Below are positions 42,068-52,750 of a stretch of 64,000 nt of DNA, one piece after another. The position numbers and the translations under genes are program-made. Source of the DNA: Octopus vulgaris (taxonomy: Eukaryota); NCBI GenBank assembly GCA_951406725.2, contig OX597820.1, positions 80,972,001 to 81,036,000 on the forward strand, given 5' to 3'. Within the stretch, counting starts at the first letter, position 1. Each line of letters starts with the position of its first letter. The notes beneath the pieces are model-generated. The model did no database searches. It had not been told where the DNA came from and saw only the letters and a program-made list of their open reading frames with translations.

Positions 42068-42109
<42 letters not shown>

Positions 42110-45100
42110 CCTCTCAGGATAGTTGATTATATTGACCACAATGTTTAACTGGTACTTAACCTGAAAGAATGGAAGACAAAGTCAACCTTGGCAGAATTTG
42201 AACTCAGAATGTAAAGATACTGCTAAGCATTTTGTCATCATCCTCATCATCATTTAACGTCTGCTTTCCATGCTAGCATGGGTTGGACGGTTCAACTGGG
42301 GTCTGGGAAGCCAGGAGGCTGCACCAGGCCCAGTCTGATCTGGCAGTGTTTCTACAGCTGGATGCCCTTCCTAACACCAACCATTCCATGAGTGTAGTGG
42401 GTGCTTTTTACGTGCCACCGGCACAGGTGCCAGACGAAGCTGGCAACAGCCATGATCAGTTGGTGCTTTTTACGTGCCAAAATTTTGGTACAAGGCCAGC
42501 AATTCCTGGGGTGAGAATATGTCGATTACATCAACCCCAGTACTCAACTGGTGCTTATTTTATCAACCCTGAAAGAACAAAAAGCAAAGCTGACCTTGGT
42601 GGAATTGCTCACTGCCTTAATAGAAGTAGTAGCAACAACAACTTAAAAATGTCTCAATTAGAACCAAAATAGCTAAGCCACATCTCTGTTTTCTGAGTGG
42701 TGATGGTGGTGGGGTGTCATGCAAAGAATCTACAACTCCAGTTGCTTTCCACGTTTATTTTTCCACATTTAATTTACCTGTCTGAGTCTATGACTACACA
42801 CCTATACACATAGAGCTGCTATTTGATAGATAGGGCTACAGTTTGATAAAATGCCTCTCTGACCATGGACCTCCAAAGGATAAGTAAAATACTAAATAAA
42901 CAATTCCAAAGTATTTTCACTTCCCCACAGGGAGACATTCAAATAAATGAGCCTAAAGTGTTTTGAAACACCACAGCCATTGATTACATCGACAAAAAGT
43001 GGAAGGATGTAATATCAGCCATTGATGATATGAACTTGGGCTCAGCAACAAGCTATGATGCTTTTCCCAGTGATTCTTTTAAAACATGCAAAAAAGCTCT
43101 TATAAACAGATGCTAAAAAATTATAGGCCTATCTCTCTAACCTTACGCATCAGCAAAGACATGAAACACATTGCTAGAAGGAAGCTGATCACATAGCCAA
43201 CCTTATTTACTATATCTGTGAGTTGGGATTACCTCTGTTTCTCTATTGATGGTAGGTTTATATGTGGCTTATAACACATTTCAGTTTAGTGCAAATTGTT
43301 GCATTTTTAGTGGTTACTGAATGGGGTAATGTCTGTAGAGCCACATTTGTTTTTCTAGATGTGTATCAGAAACAGTTAAATATTTTCTTAGTCATAGTGA
43401 TTCAAACATTTTGTTGTCAGACCAATGTGGAAAACATTATTATTGCTTTCATTTTTTTTTCTGTTATTTGTTGAAGTCTGACACAATGCAGTTACTCAGT
43501 TGCTGCTTATGTAAGCGATACTGTATTATGCTTTAGCAATTGCAGTTTTCCTCCTTTTGGTTTGTTCTATTTGTATTACAGATAATAGATTTTCCTTGTA
43601 TAAGGTTTTGTAGTATACGTTATTTTATATTGTTGTTGCTGAATAATCTATGAAGCTAGTTATATTCATTGAAGTGTTTGTTGATTAAAGAGAGGGACAA
43701 TTATGCTATGTAGGTTATAGTGTTGTTGCTAAGCAGTAGACTGAACCAGACCATACATTTTTCCATGATGGAAGTCCATTGCTTTTAGTGAGGGATTCAT
43801 AAAGTTGAGGGTTCAGCCCTTTAGCATTTACAACAGCCACATTCAGCCAAATAATCCTACTTGTTTTGCATTAAACTGGCTAGATCCAGTATCTCACACC
43901 TACCCTACAACATCATTCTAAAAATGAAAAATCACATCATCAAAATCTCAAAGCTATGAGATAATACATGATTCAAAACAGTGTGAATAAATAAACATTG
44001 CATTTGAAAGACCTAGAAAAGCACTCGGAGAGCGCAGATCTCCGCCAAGCAGCTCATAAGATAGATATGTAAGTAAAATTACTGAGAAATGGAAATAAAC
44101 TTTGAAAAGAGCAATGCCACCATAGGTTATGTATTTTTTTTTTCTTTGGTTATCTTGTGAATCAGCAGTGTTTCTTTAATTTTTTTCCCTTTATTTGTTT
44201 TTTTGATGTTGATTTCCTTAAGAAATGAAACAATTTATTTTACCTTTCTCTATGTATGTTTAGTTGTTTAGGAGAACTACTTATCTTACATTGTGACTAT
44301 GACCATTGTAGTTTTGTTAGTGATAACTGCATAGACCGTTTGATTTATACACATTTTATTGATATTTGCATCACAAAGTGTATGATACCTGGTTTGTGTT
44401 ATATTGCCACAGTAATGATTGGCTATATTCAAATAAAAGTCAATTTCATGTAAAAATTAAGCCCTTTTTATGGGAGCTAAAAAAAATCTCAAGTCATTCC
44501 TAAATTTTCACAGGCAACAGAATAATATTTGATGGTATGGGGGATTATCCTGTATATAAATGTTATGATAAGAATATGGAATTCACCATCATTACAATCT
44601 ACTTTGATGTACAGTTTACACAAATATTAAGTACTCTAGCTCATTATCAAAGAAACACTGCAAATACTGTAATATAGTTAATGTGATACAAAATATATCA
44701 TAATATTATTTATTTTATTAACCCTTTCATTACCAACCCAGCTGAAACCGGCTCTGGCTCTGAGTACAAATGTCTTGTTTTCATAAGTTTTGAATTAAAA
44801 TCTTTCACCAAACCTTAGTCACAATTTATGTTGCTAACACTAGCTTAATGATAACTAAGTTATTTTACTAAATTCTTTGCTATATATAAAGTAATTGAAA
44901 GAAACACAGAGCATCTTAAAATAAATACAGTAACAAAAGGGTTAAATTAATGTTATGTATTTACCAATATAATTCTTTGTGATTTTTTTTTTTTTTAACT
45001 TTATTCATTTAAGAGATTATTGGTTGTCAGGTGGGCTGCTGCTACTCATACAGTACTTTAGAGTGTACCTTGAATTTCAGCACCTTAGAAAGAGGTCTGT

Positions 45101-45701
45101 GTAATAATTTGGCTCCTGAAATTTAGTCTAAAACAGTCATCTTTTTGATTAATACAAACAATATATAATACTACCTTAAAGAAGAGCACATTCAGCACTG
45201 GTTCTGGGATGTCACTTTACCTTTTAGTACTGATTATTTGTGATTATAACCGTGAATAATATTTTTGAGGAGATGTATTAACCGATAATTTATCTAATAT
45301 GGTGGGTTGTTATTTGAGGTACTCTTCAATACTAATTCCAGCAGGTTCAGCAACCACATAGCAATTCCCTATTTAATTAATATAATCAAACAGGGAACTG
45401 AATGTAATGATTAATTTAAGAAGTCAATATCTAGTTGACTTTACTTTCCAGACTGGGTTTTTTATTTTTTTGAGGAGAAAATTTGATCATTGCATTTGTC
45501 TTTTATTCTTTCTCACAATTTTTATATATTAAATATGATTTATATATATATATACTAAACATAGTGTTTTCTTTTTCTTATAGAACAATTACATGGCAAG
45601 ACTTTGTGTCTCAATATGCTCTTGCAGCCGTTGCAGTTCGACCTAATACATATGGATATATTTACACTGATGAATATATTCACTTACTAAGCAATTGTTG
45701 A
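13752..45701 (+). CDS. PHF24: PHD finger protein 24 / GINIP-like, 7 coding exons, about 356 aa
   Basis: join(13752-13994,15311-15499,19341-19419,40552-40751,41008-41183,41757-41822,45584-45701) = 1071 nt with all junctions GT-AG and phase-compatible. Collinear resemblance to PHF24: PDYIRP, PHD C4HC3, [39 protein letters not shown]. Confidence 0.85.
14928..15201. mobile_element. hAT-type MITE
   Basis: TIR CAGGGGTTCCC / GGGAACCCCTG; 8-bp TSD ATTTAAAC on both sides. Confidence 0.9.
15311..15499 (+). CDS. PHF24: PHF24-like exon 2 (PHD finger)
   Basis: ctccag| acceptor; CSYC..CKVC..HKIC..WTCHNC; |GTAAGT donor. Confidence 0.92.
15575..16975 (-). mobile_element. Truncated piggyBac transposon (PGBD-like transposase remnant and 3' end)
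   Basis: TTAA-CCC terminus at 15571-15577; [45 protein letters not shown] and a decayed C-terminal Cys-rich domain. Confidence 0.85.
15599..16023. mobile_element. Palindromic MITE with GG termini and 8-bp TSD (Merlin-type), nested in the piggyBac end
   Basis: TIR GGTAAAATT(G/A)CAGATTAACACCCGCACGATTTTCACTAA; TSD GAAAATGT (15591-15598, 16024-16031); four internal GCGTGGAATCAAGTAC repeats, two per orientation; partial copy at ~53580-53720. Confidence 0.9.
16976..17565. mobile_element. Penelope-like remnant: RT fragment on - joined to an inverted terminal-repeat segment on +
   Basis: Minus strand [17 protein letters not shown] / IDNCIG..FHPAL..ISFLDF..LTTSIHY; plus-strand terminal segment GAAGAGCGTAGGTTC.AAAC also occurs reversed at ~23800-23965. 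Confidence 0.75.
19341..19419 (+). CDS. PHF24: PHF24-like exon 3
   Basis: tatag| [26 protein letters not shown] |GTAACG; phase 0 to 1; too short for the ORF track. Confidence 0.85.
20225..20648. mobile_element. Second copy of the TTAGGG-containing Merlin-type MITE
   Basis: Same TIRs as 5723-6154; different 8-bp TSD GAAAAACC (20217-20224, 20649-20656). Confidence 0.88.
21610..21739. mobile_element. Short MITE-like inverted repeat
   Basis: GTAAATAAACATTGGATAAGTCAAGCCTCTATCATC pairs imperfectly with GATAATAGAGGCTCAATTTATCCAATGTTTTGTTTAC. Confidence 0.6.
21969..22815 (-). mobile_element. RTE-related 3' end with (GAT)n tail and six ~66-bp tandem units
   Basis: GTGCTTTTTACATGCCACCGGCA unit at ~22016, 22081, 22147, 22213, 22278, 22344; the same motif occurs in the SINE-like copies at 42237-42480 and 62237-62497. 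Confidence 0.7.
23064..23124 (-). ncRNA. Type I hammerhead ribozyme motif (C3U variant), probably Penelope-derived
   Basis: Minus RNA: UUUUAUUGAUGUAC-UUGAAGA-GAC(CUAAAACGA)GUC-GAAA-CAUGUG-UU-GUACGCAAUAAAA; long stem I, G10.1-C11.1 stem II, palindromic stem III loop. Confidence 0.6.
23611..24200 (+). mobile_element. tRNA-derived CORE-like SINE, interrupted by a reversed Penelope terminal fragment (~23795-23965)
   Basis: GGTGCAGGAGTGGCTG..GGTTCAGTCCC..GACACCTTGGGCAGGTG; 3' end CCAGCATGGCCACAGTCAAATGACTGAAACAAGTAAAAG. Confidence 0.8.
24549..24951 (+). mobile_element. Full-length tRNA-derived CORE-like SINE
   Basis: Same family as 23611-24200 with A/B-box-like head; a 3' fragment also lies at ~18785-18846. 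Confidence 0.85.
26212..26442 (-). mobile_element. Meta-like tRNA SINE, full length
   Basis: Same family as 10504-10732; TSD T(G/A)TCTTGGAACCT. Confidence 0.88.
27113..27490 (+). mobile_element. mariner transposase 3' fragment with right end
   Basis: [31 protein letters not shown] (D,D34D type); ends ACTTAGTTGCCAACCCAATA-TA. Confidence 0.85.
27495..29040 (-). mobile_element. Degenerate CR1-group LINE, RT region
   Basis: [50 protein letters not shown] and SHANDTKV (decayed YADD). Confidence 0.85.
29178..30440 (-). mobile_element. Full-length defective Tc1 element in (TA)n
   Basis: ~40-bp TIRs CAGACATGCA(G/A)GAAGTAAATAGAC(A/G)CCTTTAATTTTCAAAAT; ATG at 30303; [25 protein letters not shown] (DD34E type); stops and frameshifts. 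Confidence 0.9.
30623..30667 (-). ncRNA. Minimal type I hammerhead ribozyme motif
   Basis: Minus RNA UCUGUG-CUGAUGA-AGGGAACUAAUCUG-GAAA-UCGUGA-UA-CACAGA; intact core, 6-bp stem I, predicted AUA cleavage between 30629 and 30628. Confidence 0.7.
30673..30720 (+). ncRNA. Minimal type I hammerhead ribozyme motif (sense to the PHF24 pre-mRNA)
   Basis: UGUUUGG-CUGAUGA-AGAGAAAUAACCCA-GAAA-UCGCGA-UA-CACAGACA; self-complementary AUCGCGAU stem III; stem I has one bulge. Confidence 0.65.
30949..31250 (+). mobile_element. Non-autonomous Helitron-like 5' portion
   Basis: A|TCTACATATATAAAGATGAGAATG(TG)n..AACTCGAGAACTAC..ACCGATTTCA; similar 5' segment near 49530-49620. Confidence 0.55.
31490..31745 (+). 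mobile_element. RTE APE-endonuclease fragment
   Basis: [11 protein letters not shown] and [17 protein letters not shown] motifs. Confidence 0.6.
32259..33256. repeat. ~160-bp inverted duplication (32259-32419 and 33089-33256) including a SINE head and non-SINE flank
   Basis: Direct reverse-complement match, e.g. AAAACATGAATCATGG-TTCTAGATACACATT versus AATGTGTATCTAGAACCATGATTCATGTTTT. Confidence 0.85.
34548..35785 (-). mobile_element. Full-length defective mariner element
   Basis: TIRs CAAGGTGGTATCAAAAAGTTCC..GACTAG / CTAGTC..GGAACCTTTTGATACCACCTC; [39 protein letters not shown]. Confidence 0.9.
36113..39137 (-). mobile_element. Full-length hAT transposon with disrupted transposase
   Basis: TIR CAG(T/G)GTTGCCAA; 8-bp TSD GCTGCTTC (36105-36112, 39138-39145). 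Confidence 0.9.
36254..38140 (-). pseudogene. hAT transposase pseudogene (BED-like finger, DDE core, dimerisation domain)
   Basis: KAHCRYC..H....H finger, [28 protein letters not shown]; split over three ORFs. Confidence 0.85.
40552..40751 (+). CDS. PHF24: PHF24-like exon 4 (EF-hand-like)
   Basis: ttttgtag| [35 protein letters not shown] |GTAATG; phase 1 to 0. Confidence 0.92.
41008..41183 (+). CDS. PHF24: PHF24-like exon 5
   Basis: ttatag| [32 protein letters not shown] |GTGAGT; phase 0 to 2. Confidence 0.9.
41757..41822 (+). CDS. PHF24: PHF24-like exon 6 (66 nt, symmetric phase 2-2)
   Basis: cttcag| [21 protein letters not shown] |GTAAGT; strong splice sites and open frame. Confidence 0.75.
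41870..42610 (-). mobile_element. Nest of SINE fragments (Meta-like pieces and a (GAT)n-tailed RTE-type SINE)
   Basis: AAAGGATGAAAGACAAAGTTGACCT-type motifs repeated; CATCATTTAACGTCTGCTTTCCATGCTAGCATGGG family at 42237-42480 (also 38528-38653, ~58825-58930, 62237-62497). Confidence 0.75.
43815..44010. mobile_element. Partial piggyBac-type MITE (same family as 57068-57280)
   Basis: CCCTTTAGCATT..CTCACACCTACCCTACAA..CACATCATC.AAATCTCAAA. Confidence 0.65.
44722..44941. mobile_element. piggyBac-type MITE
   Basis: TTAA-CCCTTTCATTAC ... GTAACAAAAGGG-TTAA. Confidence 0.85.
45584..45701 (+). CDS. PHF24: PHF24-like terminal coding exon 7
   Basis: cttatag| [24 protein letters not shown]; resembles the PHF24 C-terminal W..F......AARPN motif. 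Confidence 0.9.
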
Positions 45702-48700
45702 GAGATATAATAATGGACTTAATGTGAACTGAATTTTGTGAATATCACAATTATTTAAACAAGAACTATTATTAAAAATGGAATTAAGACAAACTCCTTA
45801 CAAGAATATAATAACATAAATTGTCTCTTGAACACCAATGCATGATTAAATAGACAAAATCTCTTTGATTCTCTGAATGTGTTTTGTGCAAACGTTGCTG
45901 GTCCAACTAAACTGGAGAAAATAAAATTGTCTTGAAAGTTTAAAAACAAATTATAAAGAATAATGCTAAATCCACTGAACATGTTTCCTTTCCTTATGCT
46001 AAGATACGTGGCTCTAATTACAAATTTGATCCCATCCACCACCAATGCACAGTTTTCAATAGCTTTTCATCTCTAATTCAATCATTGATCCATCCAGTAT
46101 GCTCGAGAAAATCTATTCTACTTTCATCCTCAAAAGGTGACTACATGTTTTTATAGGAGTTTCATCGACCACTTATTGCGATCATCTGGAAATCATCAAG
46201 CAAATTCCTACATTACAGCCAGGAAAATCATTTTCTATGTCATTTTAGCAGTCTTTATAATACTACAAACATAGTACAGTAAACCATCATCATTCATGAC
46301 ATAGTACATTCACTTGTCTTTGAAATGTTTATACTTCAAGCCTCCAATGCATACAGTTTCTCTTGGCTTCCACACTTATTTTATACTAATCATAAAACCA
46401 AATCATTTGCCCCTGTGTTTAATCTAAACTAGCTAACAGCCTCTCCTACATGTATCCTTGATCAACACACAATTAAAGATGCAGTGATCGAAAAACTAGC
46501 AGTATTTGTTCTACAAGTTCAAATCCTACCAAGTTTGGGAATCTTTAAATAAAGTATCAATCAAGTACTGCGGACAATTATCACCTGCCCATCTCTCTCT
46601 CAAAATTGGTTATGTTAAAAGGGCCAAAACAGGAATGCTTACATCATGCCTCTACAAATCATTTTCAAAAAACTCTGTATACTCAGTAAGAAAGATCAGT
46701 ACATGGGATTTCTTAGGTCTTTTGAAATCTACATCACATCCAAATTGTTTTTCTGTTAGGCTGACCTCCACAGTGTACTCTACAGACACATCATTCAAGT
46801 TAACACTGTCATTAGTGCTAGAGACAGCCGCAAAATATCCCTCAAATCACACCTTACTGTCTTAAAAATGGTTAACACTGTAGACCTCAGATAGTTTGAA
46901 AAAGTCAAGGTAATCATGGCTAGAATGCCTCTGGTCATAGGTTTGCTAAATTACAGTTAATTTGGGGTTAATAAACAACAATAATCCAGTTATCTGCTTC
47001 TCAGGAACCTTTAGTGAAGTTTGCTGTGTTACATTTATTAGAATCAAATTTTCACTTCTTTTCTCACTCATCTTTCTTCATAGACATTGACTTTCTGATA
47101 TTCAGGCTAGATACCAGTTCCATCAGTCACACTAGTCTTCCAAAGCTTACAAAGTTGAAAGGCACCATTCTTTATTAATTTATTAAATCTGTGACTGACT
47201 CTGGCCTGCCCCTATAGACTGATCAGTGTGATTCTGCTATGTTTGATTTGAACATCTCTCAGTCATTCTCTGTAGGAAAAAATTGTAAGTGGGTAGTGAA
47301 TTCTACAGAACATCAGTATGTGGAAGAGACGATTTAGAAAAAGTGCAGGTTACAGGAGATGAAAGATGAGGGGGTGGGGGTGAAAAGGAGTAAAACTGAG
47401 CATGTCAAGTAGAGGGATATGCAGCTAATTAGTTTAGAAGAGCAAGGGCCATTGTATTTTTGATAGAAGACAGGACAGAAACAGTTTCTTTCTGACAGTG
47501 TGGTTACTTTAGAAAGCTATGTTTGAGTATATGGCAACAACATCTTTGGAAATGTGTGACTATTTCCATTCTCTGCATCTGTACCAGTTGTATCATTTAA
47601 TCATTTCTCCATCACCATATCTCTCTGCAGCTGAACACTACACACTGGATCATTCAAATCAATTAATTTTTTGTTTGTTAAATTTATAATGATTACATTT
47701 TGTCACTCCTTTTATTCATCTTTAATCTACTTGATTTAGCTAATTGAGTGAAGACAATTGTTTTGGATATACTTTAATATCTTTATTCCTTATGGACAGA
47801 CTTTAGTGAAGCAAGTAACTTGCTTCATCAGTAATATGTGAAAAAGGACTATTGGGAAAGTTTAATGTTTGTAACATGCAAATTATCATTCCATTTGAAG
47901 TACATCCAGACATAGTCTAAATGATTTCATTAAAGTTTGTTCAATATTTTTACTCAATTGTTTAGAAGACCCAATAATTTTACAATTTTCTCTTTTGAGG
48001 GATTTTATTTGGTGTGCAATAACTGAGTGAGGACTGTAAAGTGATGTCAAAAGCCAATGAAGAATATTTGCTGGAGATTACAGGGAATAAGATGCTAATT
48101 AATAGGAAGAGTGCATAAAATATACCTGAGAAATTGAAATTGAGATCAGAAAATTTTGACAACATAAGCTACAATGATTTTAATATAATTAGAAAATATA
48201 TTAAAACATTATTCAACCCCAACTAAAGAAATCCCCAAGCAAATGGATGATAAATGCCAGTTACTCTCTTCTCATACTCCTATGAACTTATCCACAACCC
48301 CTTCCAATCCCCAGTCTGTATTCTCTTATACTCACCTTCTTATACCTTGAGAGTATGATCTGACACCTCGTAACCAACATTTTTATCTCCTTTCTAACTA
48401 CTATCACTCACATCTATATCATACAGGGTAGCCATGTACCTCTTTTAGTCATACTTCAGCCTCTCAATACTTGGCATAAAACCAACTCCTCTACTACAGT
48501 ACCACTCAGTTGAAGAGCCTTTTCCATTGTCTTGCAAGTTACATGATAACCTCACTAACAGTGTCACCAAAAAAGTACACAGTACTCTGAAAAGTAACAG
48601 ATGTTAGGAAGGACTTCCATCCATATGAACCATGCTAAAACAGACATTGGTATTTGATGGAGTTCGCCAGCTCATAGGATCCTGTCAAACCATCCATCCC

Positions 48701-50420
48701 ATACTAGCATGGAAGACAGACATTAAATGATAATGATGGTAAATTGGTACTATTTTCTCCTTACAGTACTGTGAATTATTTAGACTGCTTTTGGGTGAAG
48801 TTATAACTAGGATAAAAAGTTTTAAAAAATCAGTAATTTATTTCTAGTTAAATAGAAAACACTTTTAAATATATAGCTGACATACACATGACAGACTTAA
48901 TCTGTTGACCGTTATCTGGTCGATGGGTACACTAGGAGTCCACCACTGTGTTTTAAATATTTAGACTAGGTCTCCAGACTGAATTCCCTGGATGCAAATG
49001 TTCATCACAGCTGATTCAATTAGCCAAAATCAAATACAAATTATTAAAATTCAGAGTATAACTCTATATTAATCTCAACTTTCTCTAAATGTTTGTAATT
49101 TTAAACTTTCCCAGAGGCTGATATTTTTTTTGTTGTTGTTTTGAACCAATGTTAACCATGGTGGAATTTTAATACAGAACATAAAAAGCAAACACTCTAT
49201 TGATTCTGTGAATGCATCATTTTAAAAACTTATTTATTACTGACCTTTATTGGATAACTGAGTTGAAAGACAAAGAACTGATTTGAATACTGCTAAGTAT
49301 TTGCTATAATGCAATTTAGTTTCCATGATAAATCATCCATTTCATTTAAGAATTAATGTCAATGATGTAAACAGAAACTAAAATATTTACATTAAGCTAT
49401 TTTGTAGTTATATCTGTAGTTTTACATTTTAAAAAGTTGATACTTAGTAACTTAGTAATTATTTACTAATATTTTATTTTTCTCATTTTCCTTTGTTTCT
49501 AGCAATTCATTGAGGCATATATATATATATATAATATAAAAGTCAATGTCTTTATGTGTATTCGTGTGTTACTTACAGACTCGAAAACTACTGGACCGAT
49601 ACTAATGTAATTTGGAACATAAAATCCAATCCTAAGAAGTGTAATGCCACGTTTCATGAAATTTTGAGGGGGCATAAAAGGGGGTAGAACCCCCTGTGAA
49701 AATTGGATTTTGATTAAATTTGAACCATAGGTATTAGAAGAAAATTTTTAAAATATACCCAAAATTTCCATTTCTTTTGATGATTCTAAGAATACCTAAT
49801 GGGAGCTTAACTTCCAAATTTTAGTCATTTTTCATGGACCAAAATTACCTGCGCCTCTGAAAACCTTACTTATATCATAAGATGCTTGGGCTGTCATAAA
49901 AACTATATGCGTACCACAGGAATGTCTCTTAGACGTAGATGTACAGTTCACAGACAACAGATTCCTTTCACCACAATATCACTAGATACATCTCAGTGAA
50001 TACATTGACAAATGTTCAGAACAACTTCAACCACAATTTCTAATCTTTTCATTATATCAGTGTGCTTTTTGGACCTCAAAACAAGTGCAACTAAATAAAG
50101 TGGCTTCATTTATCGAAAAATATAAGCCAGAACTGAATATAAATTCATATTAAAAATTTCAGATTTATCTCCCTTTTACCTTGAAAATTACAGATTTATC
50201 TCCCTTTTACCTTGGTTACCAATTTTCCTCCACTAACAAACACAACCTATCATTTCAAAATTTGAAAGGCTTCAGAGAAATCATTCATTTTATTAGAGAA
50301 AAAAAATCTTATTTTGTATAATATTGTATAATACTTTTACCATGACAATTTGAATATATTCTTTAGTCTCATAAAACAAATCTTCTGTGTTTTTTCATCT
50401 TATTTCTTTCCTTGTATATT

Positions 50421-51800
50421 TGTAAAAATTAACACTTCCTTCTCCAAGCTTAGATTCGAAACTCACTCGGCTGAACCACCACAACCAACAGGTGTGAAAA
50501 AAAGATTTTCTTTGTCCTGTCAAAAAATGATAAATCACCTCCCTTTGACCTATGACCTCAGCCATGTCAGGCAAAGTTCAAATGGACAGGAGCTGACCTA
50601 TTTAGACGCAATCTCTGCTGCAGTATGTCTATCCTTCTGACTGCCACGGCTGTTATAAATACTGTGGTTGGCAGAAGGACAGACAAGAAAGGCTTTAACA
50701 GACAGACTGAAAGGCAGACTTTTTTTCAGATGATCGACACACACACACAAAAACATATTCAGCTCTGAGATATCACCTCCACAGATGTTCCCAGTTTCTA
50801 TTACTAGCAACTCGTAGCAGTTGTCAACAATTACATGTAGTGAAGAATATTGTATACCAAAAGCAAAGGCAAGTACAGTAAATAAATTATTTTAACTATG
50901 AATCAATGTCATTTATTTGTTTATTTCAAAGGCATCCACATGCCTATCGCGTTTGTTCACCTTAACACATACTGATACACACTTAACCACTACATTTGGT
51001 GACCCCCATCAAAGAATTGCAGCCTTCCGATGGAAACAGTTTTTGTACTGTGGTTAAATTTTTCCATTTCGGCACTACACTTTGTGACCCCATTAAAGAA
51101 TCACAGCTTGCACATCACCCAGCAATGAAACAGAACTGAAAATTCCTGCAATTGATCGGCACACAATGGCTTTCCCACAACAGAATCCATCGGCAAACAC
51201 ATCCACGGTCGACATGGCGTTCTAGGCAGCGATTCCTACCACCAATCCTTTCCTTTTGTCATCCATTGCTTTGGAAATTTCTGACTTGCGTGCATTGGTC
51301 ACTCAGTAGGCATCACAGATACAGGCCCTGACAGAGCAGATAGAAGCACTATTGCTTGGTACACCACGTCAAAGCAACAGCTGGTCGTGTCATTTTGGTA
51401 GACAGTCCTGAAGCCCTAGTGCTACCTGCAACTCGCATGAAATGCATTGGTACCACAGAAAGTTTGGATCCCGGATGTAGAAATGCATGATCCCATGCTC
51501 GTTTTCATCATCCAGTCCAGGAAACGACACAACCAGGAATTGAACGCGATGGAAGTTCCTGGCTCTCACCCATGCAGTCACCTGCTTTTCGTTTGCGATC
51601 ATTTAACAGGCACGTGTTTCCTTGTTGACACTGGCATGGAAGTCAGCATAATCCCTGTTTCCAGCACTTAAGGAAAAAGAAAAGGGACACCAGTCTGTCT
51701 TCAGGCAGTTAACCACTCACCCATTCCAACCTATGGTGAACAGTCACTAATGCTGAACTTGGGACTACGCTGCACCTTCCAGTGGGTATTTGTCATAGCT
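50421..51800 (+). mobile_element. Gypsy (CsRn1-like) LTR retrotransposon 5' remnant: LTR, PBS, gag and protease
   Basis: LTR ends CACTACA at 50994; PBS TGGTGACCCC at 50997-51006 (complementary to the tRNA-Trp 3' end); gag WYHRKFG..KC..PC; protease LLFVCD..FLVDTG.EVSIIP..TYGEQSL.LNLGL. Confidence 0.85.
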
Positions 51801-51934
51801 AAACTGCTTGAGTTTGCAGTTCAACATGAGAAAGTGCCCTTGTGTCAGAAATGCTTTTGTTCCCCTTTATGCTAAAAATATTTCTCAGGTAGATGGTACA
51901 GAAACGGTTTAGTTTCTTTGCATGCCATTGATTG

Positions 51935-52728
51935 ATAATCTAGATTTCACAACCACAGTGCAGTGTGGTGAGAGCTACAGCTTGGAATCCCTTGATCTTT
52001 GTTTCTAGAGTAATGCCTCTCCTGTTCCACACATTCTTGTGGAGTCTGCCAAATGAGGCACTGGTATTGGCAAGTATGATGTTCACTTCATTACCTATAA
52101 TGACAGTTAGGGAAAGTGTACTTTCCATCATATTTAGTTGATGAAAATGTTGGATTCAACACATTTTCCCCAGAGCTGGCTGATACATCACTTTGGTCAT
52201 ATTTGTACTGATTGGCAGACTGAAATTGTTGCCGGCATCAGAGGATTAGTCAACGCTATTGCATATCCACCTCTGAGGCAGCGTTGAGGTCACAGTCATC
52301 AACAAACAAAGTCATCGTTATTGATATCATAACCTTGGTTTTTGCTTGAAGACTAAGCCACCAGTATGGTAACTGATATAAATTCCAATATTTGTGTCTT
52401 TAAATGGTCTGTCAGTAAGGCTGAACAGGGTAGGAATAAGGATACAACTGTTTCACTCTGGTATAAACAATACTTCTGGAGTTGGTTTTGTAGTGGAAAC
52501 ATTTTTTGTTAGCAAGCTGATTAGTTCCTAGAAAGGAATGAATAATTTGTCTGGTAGTGAGGATCTACTTCCCAATGAGCAGTAGTTAGCTATCATTACC
52601 AGTGGTTATGCTCCCTTTATGACCAGTCAGAACAAGATTAAGGTCAAGTTTTATGATGTCTTTAATACTGTCATCCCTGCTATTTCCAAAGCAGACAAGT
52701 CCATCATTCTTGGTGACTTTAATGTGCG
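51935..52728. mobile_element. RTE (BovB-like) fragments in opposite orientations
   Basis: Minus: SASFGRLHKNVWNRRGITLETKIK; plus ~52570-52728: YAP.MTS..K.KFY..L..VI..ISKADK.IILGDFN. Confidence 0.75.
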
Positions 52729-52750
52729 TTGTAAAGTGGTCTTTTGCCAC

